From Bacteroidota bacterium (GTDB taxonomy: Bacteria; Bacteroidota; Bacteroidia; 2-12-FULL-35-15), in contig JAHEXZ010000018.1 of NCBI GenBank assembly GCA_023251835.1, forward strand, positions 1,383-65,382: 64,000 bases of DNA, written 5' to 3'. Positions 40,387-49,682 of this stretch are shown piece by piece. Made by a program: the position numbers and the translations under genes. Numbering within the stretch: position 1 is the stretch's first letter; each line of letters begins with the position of its first letter. Under the pieces are notes generated by a model. That model saw nothing but the letters and a program-made list of their open reading frames with translations, was not told the origin of the DNA and made no database searches.

Positions 40387-41337
40387 TTATTTCTTTTCCG
40401 GTTTGGCAATCTTTTCAGATGCACTTTTCTGAGCCATTTCATCAGCCTTTTTCTTTTCTCCTTCCGCCCAAGCTAAATTATTTTTTGCCAACTGATCATT
40501 TGGATTATTATCTACTGCTTTTTTAAAAGCATCAATTGCTTTGTCATAATCTGGCATAGACATATAGGTAACTCCTTTATTAATCAAAGCTACTGCATTT
40601 TTAGGTTCCATCGTTAACATTTTATTCCAAACCTCAATGCTTTTATCATACTCCTGAAGTTTTAAAAACTGAAGCCCATAAAGTGTATAAAAAGCAATAT
40701 CTTTTTTATCTTCAGGAGTTTTTTCCATTTGTTCTAAAGCTGTAAGTAGTTTTTTCTGCTCACTTTTAGCCCAATTCAAATTATTTTTAGCTAACTGGAA
40801 AGTGCTGTCAAGTTCAACAGCCTTTTCGCCATAAGCAATTCCTTCTTTATATTGTTGAATTATGGTATAAGCAAAACCAAGGTTACTATAAGCCGCAGCA
40901 TTATTAGGACTAAGTTCAATCGCCTTTTTTAAAGGTTCAATAGCCTTCCCAGCCATTCCTGAATTAATATATGCGTTTGAAAGGTTAAGCAAATTAGAAA
41001 AATTCGGATTTGCCCTTGCTGTATTTTCATACGCAGCAACATCTATCTGTTGCGCCTGATTAACGACTTGCTCCTGCTCTGTTTTACTACCCATAGTTTT
41101 ATAAATAATATAAACTACAGGAAGCAACAATAAGGCAACAATAATGATTGTTTTAATATTTAATCCTGGTTTTCCTCCACCAGATGCCGTATTTTCATTT
41201 TTATCTTCCTGCCCGATATCAATATCCAAGCGTTCTTCTCCATTAAATGGCTCTTTTTCATTCTTCTCCTGAGTAACATCAGCATTTTGATTTGTATCTA
41301 CTGTTATACTTTCGTTTTTTTCTTCTGGATTGATCAT
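40387..41337 (-). CDS. tetratricopeptide-repeat protein with acidic N-terminus and one TM helix
   Basis: 316 aa; repeated TPR-like units (AIEPLKKAIELSPNNAAAYSNLGFAY ..., AIDAFKKAVDNNPNDQLAKNNLAWA); IIIVALLLLPVVYIIY TM. Confidence 0.7.
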   Translation of the reverse strand: MINPEEKNESITVDTNQNADVTQEKNEKEPFNGEERLDIDIGQEDKNENTASGGGKPGLNIKTIIIVALLLLPVVYIIYKTMGSKTEQEQVVNQAQQIDVAAYENTARANPNFSNLLNLSNAYINSGMAGKAIEPLKKAIELSPNNAAAYSNLGFAYTIIQQYKEGIAYGEKAVELDSTFQLAKNNLNWAKSEQKKLLTALEQMEKTPEDKKDIAFYTLYGLQFLKLQEYDKSIEVWNKMLTMEPKNAVALINKGVTYMSMPDYDKAIDAFKKAVDNNPNDQLAKNNLAWAEGEKKKADEMAQKSASEKIAKPEKK

Positions 41338-41809
41338 AACCTGTTTAAATGTTAAATTTCAATGTTATTCTACTATCGACTATCGATAAACCTGTTTTTT
41401 TGTGGCACAAAAATATACAAAATTAATCAATTGAACAAAAGATATTTCAAACACAAGATTTGTTATCAAAATACTTTTGTTAATTTCCCCAAACTTTAGT
41501 CACTTCGGTATAATTATTATATCACGGTATTTTTGACGACTAAATATATCTACCCATTCAACCACCTGTAATGTTATAAAGTGTAGTTTATCTTGTTCTT
41601 TAATTTGGTAATCGGTTGGCATTCTTATTCAAATATACAACTATTTTATAGTTGACTTTATCATATACTAAAATCTGAAGTGCTGTATGTCAGGCCGAAG
41701 GCCTTGTTAAAGAAGGCGTAGCCGAAGACGCTACGCCCAACTGTGTTGTTTTTATTTTTCTGACATGCTACGCTTAACGGGGGGCTTACATCATTTTTTG
41801 TATTGTAGT

Positions 41810-42913
41810 TTAAAATTTAACAGGCAAGTTATATTGAACGGAAACTGAGCGTCCGTTTTGTTTTCCGGCACTCCATTTAGGCATTGCTTTTACTACCTGC
41901 AATGCAACTTTATCATAGCCAGGTCCTCCGGAAACACTTCTTAATACTTTTGAATCAGTTACATTTCCTTCTTTATCAATCACAAAAGTTACGTAACATG
42001 TACCCGAAATCCCAGCTTCTTTTTCCATCTGTGGATAACCAATAGATTCAATTTTATCCTTGATCCATTCCATCATTGCGGCTGCCCCGCCCGGAAACTC
42101 AGGCATTTCTTCTACAATTGTATATACTTCGCCTGTTGATTCATTCAATGAGTTGTTTGGCTTAGTTGATTCTTCGGTGTTCTCTTTGTATAAATCCAAC
42201 TCTTCATTATATGTGTTTTCTGGAATATAAGTTAATGTACTTAATTCTATATGGAACCAGTCAGAATATTTTGCTGCACATAATTCATTTGAACTGTTTT
42301 TAAGTTTTACAACAAGGACTTCTATATTTTCATCGTAAACTATTTGAAATATAGTCCATATATCTTTTTGATTAATAATTTCTTTATGTTGAATAAGATT
42401 ATATAGGATAAAAAAGTTATTGGTTAAATAACATTTTTTGTTTAGCAAATTTTTCTTAATCTTTTCGAAATAGCCAATTGTAATTACCTCTTCTGGAAAT
42501 TGATTGTTTTGCCAATAAAGGATGTCACCATTGTCTTTTCTTTTTAATTCCAAAAAAGATTTCTCGCGTAAAATATCACCTTTGTTTATTACTTTATAAC
42601 CAATTATTTCAAGTGTCCTTCCTACGAGGGATTCCTTTGGCGTGTCTTGGTATTCACTTTGCGTTAAGTAATGCTTTTTTCCATCCGGTTTTGTATAAAA
42701 ACTACGATAACCTGCATTTGCTTCTAATGTTTTTAAAGGTAATACAAAGAACGATTGTCCTATTAAATTCTGAAGAGCCGGGATGTTTAAAGTGCTGTCA
42801 TATTCAATTTTGAATGGTTTTTCAGTTGAAACTGACTCTATTTCAATTTGTGCTTTCAAGGTGTTTGTCAAGAAAGTTATTAATAATGTTTGTAAAATGT
42901 ATTTGTACTTCAT
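41810..42913 (-). CDS. TonB C-terminal-domain protein with signal peptide and unknown N-terminal domain
   Basis: 367 aa; C-terminal ~90 aa (PEFPGG...GISGTCYVTFVIDKEGNV...VQYNLPVKF) matches the TonB_C fold. The N-terminal ~250 aa is unassigned. Confidence 0.6.
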   Translation of the reverse strand: MKYKYILQTLLITFLTNTLKAQIEIESVSTEKPFKIEYDSTLNIPALQNLIGQSFFVLPLKTLEANAGYRSFYTKPDGKKHYLTQSEYQDTPKESLVGRTLEIIGYKVINKGDILREKSFLELKRKDNGDILYWQNNQFPEEVITIGYFEKIKKNLLNKKCYLTNNFFILYNLIQHKEIINQKDIWTIFQIVYDENIEVLVVKLKNSSNELCAAKYSDWFHIELSTLTYIPENTYNEELDLYKENTEESTKPNNSLNESTGEVYTIVEEMPEFPGGAAAMMEWIKDKIESIGYPQMEKEAGISGTCYVTFVIDKEGNVTDSKVLRSVSGGPGYDKVALQVVKAMPKWSAGKQNGRSVSVQYNLPVKF

Positions 42914-42954
42914 TTTTTAAGCTTTTACCATTAAATAGGCTCTTTTCGCATTGG

Positions 42955-44151
42955 CTATATGTTAGTAGTTAGCCATAATGGTTCTAAATTTAGGATTTCA
43001 CCAATGGTTTGCCCTGTCTGTTTTGTTATTTGTCCTGCTTTAACAGAATAATGCGTCAAATTAAATAATTCAAAATTCGCTGCATTGTCAGAAAAAGGAT
43101 GTTTCGCAAACCAATACGATGCTGTGGGTATATTATACTCCCTAACTTTTGTCACAAGAACCCCGCTAACATTTTTGCACCTTGGTCCATTTTTTCCTAA
43201 AAATATTCCATCGTTACCTCTTCCCCATCTTTCATTTCTATTATTTGGGTTTGTTGACCAAGTCCATGCCAGTGAACCCCAAATTGCATTTTCCACATCA
43301 AAGTCTCCATCTCCTAGTATTCCAATGGCGTTAATGCAGATGAAATAAGGTTTATCAAGTTCCCCGTATTTTTTAGCCTTCTTTGTGAATGAATCTTTAA
43401 TAGATTCTTCCATCCCTCCCCAAAATGATTCCATTGGAAACATTCCAATTGCTCTTCCTTTATCAATTGTTCTTGCCGAAGGAATCTTAGGAATTAGTGA
43501 AACAATTAATTTTAAGTTGTCATCATCGTGAATGATTTTTGTAACATTTTCTAAACCGATTTTATTTAGTTCCGCAGCTATTTTATCGGGGTCGTATTTT
43601 GAAGCTTCTCTTTCAATTTTATCTATTGCTTTTTTTATTGACGGTTGGTTTGTTGATTTTATTATTAACTCATCTATTTTTAGTAAAAAATTGGGAGATT
43701 TAATTTTGTCAAGTGAATCATAGAGTTGATTAGTTCTTTTTTCGAACGCTTCTTCTGCTTCTGTTTTGGCTCTTGCTTCTTTAGCTTCTACATAAAACTC
43801 ATAATTATTTTTTTTTAACAGGAAGTCAGGTCGTTTATTACTATTTGGAATTTCAGGATGTATTGTTATTTCAAATCCCTGATGTTTAAATAATGTATAA
43901 ATAAAAAGTTCATAAAATGCACTTGAGAATGTTTTTTTGAATCTCTTCTTTAACTCTAATTGTTCAGATTTGGGATAGTTTAAAAGCCATTCATTCAGTA
44001 GTTGCCGGATTTTAGAAACGTCTTCCCTTGCTGAACGGTCGTAATAATCAAAAATATTCTCATTGTGATGAGACGGATCTAAATCAATTCTATTCTTGTG
44101 ATCAAAAAGGGTTATTCCTGCTTTGATTGTCATTCCAGTCGTATATGTCAT
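42955..44151 (-). CDS. hypothetical protein with N-terminal PD-(D/E)xK nuclease-like motif
   Basis: 398 aa; FYELFIYTLF...RPDFLLKKNNYEFYVEAKEA fits E...PD...(D/E)xK spacing of restriction-endonuclease-fold proteins; rest unassigned. Confidence 0.45.
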   Translation of the reverse strand: MTYTTGMTIKAGITLFDHKNRIDLDPSHHNENIFDYYDRSAREDVSKIRQLLNEWLLNYPKSEQLELKKRFKKTFSSAFYELFIYTLFKHQGFEITIHPEIPNSNKRPDFLLKKNNYEFYVEAKEARAKTEAEEAFEKRTNQLYDSLDKIKSPNFLLKIDELIIKSTNQPSIKKAIDKIEREASKYDPDKIAAELNKIGLENVTKIIHDDDNLKLIVSLIPKIPSARTIDKGRAIGMFPMESFWGGMEESIKDSFTKKAKKYGELDKPYFICINAIGILGDGDFDVENAIWGSLAWTWSTNPNNRNERWGRGNDGIFLGKNGPRCKNVSGVLVTKVREYNIPTASYWFAKHPFSDNAANFELFNLTHYSVKAGQITKQTGQTIGEILNLEPLWLTTNI

Positions 44152-44280
44152 TTTTTAAATGAGGGTCAAATTGTCGATAAGCGCAGAAAATAAAGTACGA
44201 TTCCTTCCCTAAACCTGCCACCAACGAATAAACAAACTCCACCAACTCCATCAATCGCTCCCATTTATAACTACCCTAAA

Positions 44281-45837
44281 CTATATCGTAAAATTAATCC
44301 CCTGTGCCAATGGCAATGAAGAACCATAATTAATGGTATTCGTTTGTCTGCGCATATATCCTTTCCAGGCATCTGAACCCGACTCACGGCCACCGCCTGT
44401 TTCTTTTTCCCCTCCAAAAGCACCGCCAATTTCAGCACCGGATGTACCAATATTTATATTTGCAATACCACAATCAGAACCGGCATGAGAAAGGAACAAT
44501 TCCATTTCACGCATATTGTTCGTAAATATAGATGATGATAAACCCTGAGGAACAGCATTCTGCATAGCAATAGCTTCTTCAACGGTTGAATATTTCATTA
44601 CATAAAGTATTGGAGCAAATGTTTCTTCCTGAACAATGTGATATTCGTTTTTTGCTTCAATAATACAAGGCTTTACATAACACCCGCTTTCATAGCCTTC
44701 ACCGGACAGTATTCCTCCTTCCACAATTATCTTAGCCCCTTCCTGCTTTGCCTTTTCAATGGCATTCAGATAATCTTTGGTAGCATTTTTATCAATCAAT
44801 GGCCCCACATGGTTGTTAGGGTCTAAAGGGTTGCCAATGTGTAACTGTTCGTATGCTTTTTGTAAAACACGTATAGTTTTTTCATACACACTCTCATGTA
44901 CAATTAACCTGCGTGTAGAAGTACAACGCTGCCCGGCTGTTCCAACAGCACCAAACACAGCACCCACCAATACCATTCCCAAATCAGCGTGTTCGGAAAC
45001 AATAATAGCATTATTACCGCCTAACTCTAATATTGTTTTTCCAAAGCGTTCGGCAACAGTTTTAGATACATGGCGACCAATACGTGTTGAACCTGTAAAA
45101 GATACCAACGGTATTCGTTTATCATTATTAATCAAATCTCCTGCTTCATTACCAATAACCAAGCAGCTCACACCTTCCGGAACGTTATTCCGTTTTAAAA
45201 CATCCCCGATAATATTCTGACAAGCTATTGCACACAATGGCGTTTTTGAGCTCGGCTTCCACACACACACATCCCCACAAACCCATGCTAAAGCAGCATT
45301 CCAGCTCCATACAGCTACAGGGAAATTAAATGCTGAAATAATTCCTACAATTCCAAGCGGATGCCATTGCTCATACATACGGTGCATCGGGCGCTCGCTA
45401 TGCATGGTTAAACCATATAATTGGCGGGACAAACCTACTGCAAAATCACAGATATCAATCATTTCCTGTACTTCACCCAAGCCTTCCTGCAAGCTTTTTC
45501 CCATTTCATAGGAAACAAGTTTCCCCAATGGCTCCTTGTATTTGCGAAACTGTTCACCTATCTGACGTATAATCTCACCGCGTTTGGGGGCAGGTATCAA
45601 ACGCCAGGTTTTAAAAGCATTTTCGGCTGTTTGTATAATAGTTTGATAATCTCCGGCTGTTGCAGCATTCACACTCCCAATTAGCTGCCCATCAACAGGC
45701 GAAAAAGAATCTATCTTTTTCCCTTTTGTGGTAATATGTTCAAGTCCGGTAGAAGCACCATAATTGCTTCCCTGAAGTCCTAAATCTTTTAGAATATTTT
45801 CTATTCCGAAACTTTTTGCTGTTAATAGTTCTGACAT
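44281..45837 (-). CDS. aldehyde dehydrogenase family 7 (alpha-aminoadipic/piperideine-6-carboxylate semialdehyde dehydrogenase-like)
   Basis: 518 aa; ALDH glutamate/cysteine active-site regions (LELGGNNA, catalytic Cys in GTAGQRCTSTRR), overall similarity to antiquitin-type ALDH7. Confidence 0.8.
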   Translation of the reverse strand: MSELLTAKSFGIENILKDLGLQGSNYGASTGLEHITTKGKKIDSFSPVDGQLIGSVNAATAGDYQTIIQTAENAFKTWRLIPAPKRGEIIRQIGEQFRKYKEPLGKLVSYEMGKSLQEGLGEVQEMIDICDFAVGLSRQLYGLTMHSERPMHRMYEQWHPLGIVGIISAFNFPVAVWSWNAALAWVCGDVCVWKPSSKTPLCAIACQNIIGDVLKRNNVPEGVSCLVIGNEAGDLINNDKRIPLVSFTGSTRIGRHVSKTVAERFGKTILELGGNNAIIVSEHADLGMVLVGAVFGAVGTAGQRCTSTRRLIVHESVYEKTIRVLQKAYEQLHIGNPLDPNNHVGPLIDKNATKDYLNAIEKAKQEGAKIIVEGGILSGEGYESGCYVKPCIIEAKNEYHIVQEETFAPILYVMKYSTVEEAIAMQNAVPQGLSSSIFTNNMREMELFLSHAGSDCGIANINIGTSGAEIGGAFGGEKETGGGRESGSDAWKGYMRRQTNTINYGSSLPLAQGINFTI

Positions 45838-46254
45838 GTTTTCTCGTTTTTTTGTTGATAAACAAAGTTAATCAAAAAATAGAATTCAGAGAAGAGCATT
45901 TATTGAGGCACAATAAAAGTTTTTTAAGTCCTTTAAAAACGATAATATCAAAAAATGGGTGCGGCTGACGTCCACGAAAAGTGCGAACTGCAAGTTGCTC
46001 AGCATTGACGCGTTGGCTGGTGCGAAAGAGCAAGCTTGCGGTTGGTTGGAGTTCATCCTGAGCGAAGTCGAAGGATGGTGTCTTTTTCTTTGTTTCTTTC
46101 TGGAGCCTGCCCTGAGTTTTGACGAAGGGGACAAGCAAAAGAAAGAAAAATGCTCAATTACAAAAAATCACTTTCTATAAATGGTATGCAGTTTGCTTAA
46201 AGCATACTATTCTAAAATAAAAAATACTATTTTTACCTCAATAAATTTTTTTTT

Positions 46255-47451
46255 ATGAAAACCCACTCTATCTTTTTCATGCAAAGATTAATTGCTTGTA
46301 TTATTACAATAAGTTTCATCACAGCTTGCTCAAACTCAGCTAAACTTATGCGCAGCGGAAATTACGATGCCGCAATCCAAAAATCTGTTCGGAAATTAAC
46401 GCGTAAAAAACAAAACGATAAAGAGATAATTACCTTAGAACAGGCCTACCAGAAAGCGAATGACCGGGATAAAGAAAGAATACTTTTCTTAAAGAAAGAA
46501 GGAAAGCCGGAAAACTGGGACCAGATATTCAGCACCTATGCCTGGATAAGCCAGCGTCAGCAGAATATAAAACCATTGCTACCATTGCATATTAGCAGCC
46601 AGGGTCGTGATGCACATTTTGAATTTATAAATTATGATGAAGAAATTATACAAGCGAAAAAAAATGCTACAGAATACTTTTACGCTCATGCCCTGTCTCT
46701 GCTTGACAGAAATAACCAGTCTGATGCAAGACAAGCATACAATGAGCTGTTAAAAGTGAAAAGTTTTACGAATAACTACAAAGACTTAGATAAGGAACTT
46801 AACCGTGCCAAAGACATTGGAACCAGCTATGTTCTTTTTAAAATGAAAAACACAACCGGAGTTCCCTTACCGCCAACATTTGAAGATGAATTAACAAAAA
46901 TAAGTTTAACGGAACTAAATGGTGAATGGATAAAGTATTACACCCATGAAGTAAAAGGGATGAACTATGATTACACTATCCTTGTTAACATGAAAAATAT
47001 TAATGTGTCGCCTGAAGGGGTCAAGGAAACAGCTTTTACCGAATCAAAAACAATCCCCGATGGCTTTGATTATGTTTTGGATTCCAAGGGTAATGTGAAA
47101 AAAGATTCCCTTGGAAATGATATTAAAATACCAAAAACAAAAACCATTACCTGCAATATAATTGAGACCTACCAAACCAAAAAAGCCATTATTGCAGGCA
47201 GCCTGGATTATATTAATAACACTACAGGACAGCTTATAAAAACTGACCCCATTGCGAGTGAGAATTTTTTTGAAAACCGTTCTTATGCTGCTATCGGAGA
47301 CCTCAATGCCTTAAAACCGGAAACCAAGGCCAAACTCGGAAATCGACCTGTTCCTTTTCCTCCCAATTTTGATATGCTTTTACAGGCAGGTGTTGTATTA
47401 AAGGATATGGTAAAAAATATAATTAACAGCAATAAGGGGCTTATTTATTAG
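46255..47451 (+). CDS. hypothetical lipoprotein
   Basis: 398 aa; lipobox ISFITAC-S after signal peptide; no recognisable domain. Confidence 0.6.
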   Translation: MKTHSIFFMQRLIACIITISFITACSNSAKLMRSGNYDAAIQKSVRKLTRKKQNDKEIITLEQAYQKANDRDKERILFLKKEGKPENWDQIFSTYAWISQRQQNIKPLLPLHISSQGRDAHFEFINYDEEIIQAKKNATEYFYAHALSLLDRNNQSDARQAYNELLKVKSFTNNYKDLDKELNRAKDIGTSYVLFKMKNTTGVPLPPTFEDELTKISLTELNGEWIKYYTHEVKGMNYDYTILVNMKNINVSPEGVKETAFTESKTIPDGFDYVLDSKGNVKKDSLGNDIKIPKTKTITCNIIETYQTKKAIIAGSLDYINNTTGQLIKTDPIASENFFENRSYAAIGDLNALKPETKAKLGNRPVPFPPNFDMLLQAGVVLKDMVKNIINSNKGLIY

Positions 47452-47482
47452 AGCAGTAACACATTATCTCTAATTTTAAAAA

Positions 47483-49414
47483 ATGCTACAACCAATAGAA
47501 CGCCTGCAACTGCTTCAAAAATTACTGAAGATTGAGCGTGACGAGGATTTTAATCAATACAAAGAATATTTTTCACGAAACAATATCAATTACCGCAAAC
47601 AAAATGGTGTTACCTGGTATCCTGTAATTATTACCAATACAGAGATTGGCCTGGGCGAATACCTTACCCTTGATATAGAACGAACAACCAATCACAATGA
47701 GCCACACCAGTTCACAGGCGGTAAGAATGCAGCTCTCTTTTCCAACACACATGAAGACGCACAACCTGTTAATGGAATTATTAAAGTAATTAATCCCAAT
47801 AAAATAAGGCTGTCACTAAACATAGATGAATTACCCGACTGGTGCGATGATGGCAAACTGGGAATCAATTTATTGTTTGATGAAAACAGCTACCGCGAAA
47901 TGAATATTGCTCTGGAAAAGGTAATAAATGCTTCGAATAACCGTTTAGCAACGCTTCGTGATATAATGTATGGTATAATTCCGCCAACGTTTAACCGGAT
48001 TGATAATCCTGTATTTATTGACAGATTGAATAAATCGCAAAACGAAGCAGTGCAAAAAATAATTGCAGCCCAAGCCATTGCCATTATCCATGGCCCACCT
48101 GGTACTGGAAAAACAACCACATTAGTACAGGCCATACGCCAAACTTTAAAAACTGAAAAACAGATATTAGTTTGCAGTTCCAGTAACACTGCTGTTGACC
48201 TGTTAACAGAAAAGTTGCATCGCGAAGGGATTAATGTTTTGCGTTTAGGGAATCCGGCACGTATTTCGGAAGAAGTATTGATGAATACTTTGGATGCTAA
48301 AATGGCTGCACATGAATCATATAAAGAATTAAAAAAATACCGTAAAACGGCCGAAGAATACTTCCGCATGGCCGGTAAATACAAACGTACATTTGGCCGT
48401 GAAGAACGCGAACAACGGCAGCTATTGTATGCTGAAGGACGTAAAATACTTAATGACGCACGCGCATTGGAAGATTACATTTTCGATGATCAGTTTGACA
48501 AAGCACAGGTAATTGCCTGCACTCCGGTAGTATCGGCCGGCAAAATGATGCGTAACAAACATTTTAGCACTGTATTTATAGATGAAGCGGCACAGGCATT
48601 AGAGCCAATGTGCTGGATACCCGTTACAAGAAGCGACCGTGTGATATTTGCCGGAGATCATTTTCAGCTACCACCTACTGTTAAATCCAGACAGGCAGAA
48701 ACAGAGGGGTTAAGCATTACACTGTTTGAGCAATGTATGCGGCTTCAAAACATTTCAATAATGCTGAATATACAGTACAGAATGAATGAATTGATTATGA
48801 ACTTTTCCAATAAAAAGTTTTACAAAAATGAACTGATTGCTGATATTTCTGTAAAAGATCATGTTTTAAGCTATAATGCCGATGAATACATTTTGAATGC
48901 CCCTATTGATTTTATTGACACTGCTGGCTGCGGATACAATGAAATAACAAATCCGGAAAGTCTTAGTATTGCCAATCCTGAAGAAGCGCAACTACTAATC
49001 AAACATTTAAAACTACTGCTGGAACAATATGTTCAGGGCAATAAAACAGGACATGAAATCACAATAGGCATTATTTCTCCATATAAAGAACAGGTACAAT
49101 ACATTACCACAAAAATTGATGAAGATGAAGAACTAAAAAGATTCCGCTCATGTATCGCTATAAAAACAGTTGACGGATTTCAGGGGCAGGAAAGAGATGT
49201 AATATATATCAGCCTTGTAAGAAGTAATGATTTAAGAGAAATTGGTTTTTTAAATGATATACGCAGAATGAATGTGGCCCTTACACGTGCAAGAAAAAAG
49301 CTGGTTGTAATTGGCGACAGTGCAACACTTGCGAATCACCCTTTTTATAAGGATTTTCTTGATTATATTGAAAGCATTAATGCCTATAAATCTGCCTGGG
49401 AGTTTATGGGTTAA
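47483..49414 (+). CDS. SF1 helicase, Upf1/DNA2-like (AAA_11/AAA_12)
   Basis: 643 aa; Walker A GPPGTGKTTT, Walker B FIDEAAQ, motif VDGFQGQERDVIYISLVRSN. Confidence 0.75.
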   Translation: MLQPIERLQLLQKLLKIERDEDFNQYKEYFSRNNINYRKQNGVTWYPVIITNTEIGLGEYLTLDIERTTNHNEPHQFTGGKNAALFSNTHEDAQPVNGIIKVINPNKIRLSLNIDELPDWCDDGKLGINLLFDENSYREMNIALEKVINASNNRLATLRDIMYGIIPPTFNRIDNPVFIDRLNKSQNEAVQKIIAAQAIAIIHGPPGTGKTTTLVQAIRQTLKTEKQILVCSSSNTAVDLLTEKLHREGINVLRLGNPARISEEVLMNTLDAKMAAHESYKELKKYRKTAEEYFRMAGKYKRTFGREEREQRQLLYAEGRKILNDARALEDYIFDDQFDKAQVIACTPVVSAGKMMRNKHFSTVFIDEAAQALEPMCWIPVTRSDRVIFAGDHFQLPPTVKSRQAETEGLSITLFEQCMRLQNISIMLNIQYRMNELIMNFSNKKFYKNELIADISVKDHVLSYNADEYILNAPIDFIDTAGCGYNEITNPESLSIANPEEAQLLIKHLKLLLEQYVQGNKTGHEITIGIISPYKEQVQYITTKIDEDEELKRFRSCIAIKTVDGFQGQERDVIYISLVRSNDLREIGFLNDIRRMNVALTRARKKLVVIGDSATLANHPFYKDFLDYIESINAYKSAWEFMG

Positions 49415-49682
49415 AAAATTTAAACGCAATTGGTATTATTAACAGATGGTCTAACTCAATCAAACTCATCAAAAAATTCATAACCACTCAGGAATAACCA
49501 TCAGGAAAAATCTGTGAATCTCTGGCCAACAATTTTTAAATAGATATAAACACACCCCAACAGTAAAACGTTTTTTTTATATTTTAGCCCACCTTATAGT
49601 AAACGCTATTTTTCTTAAAAAGATTTATACCCAAACCCTTTTGCAGGTCGTGATTTTGTTGTCCTATAAAATTATTTAGTTA

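Noticed and set aside
45872-46180. Three overlapping ORFs (73-88 aa) on both strands over the GC-rich intergenic segment
   Set aside because: Openness in several frames on both strands over a GC-rich, repeat-containing stretch is more consistent with a structured non-coding element than with protein coding. They are reported as a candidate ncRNA instead.
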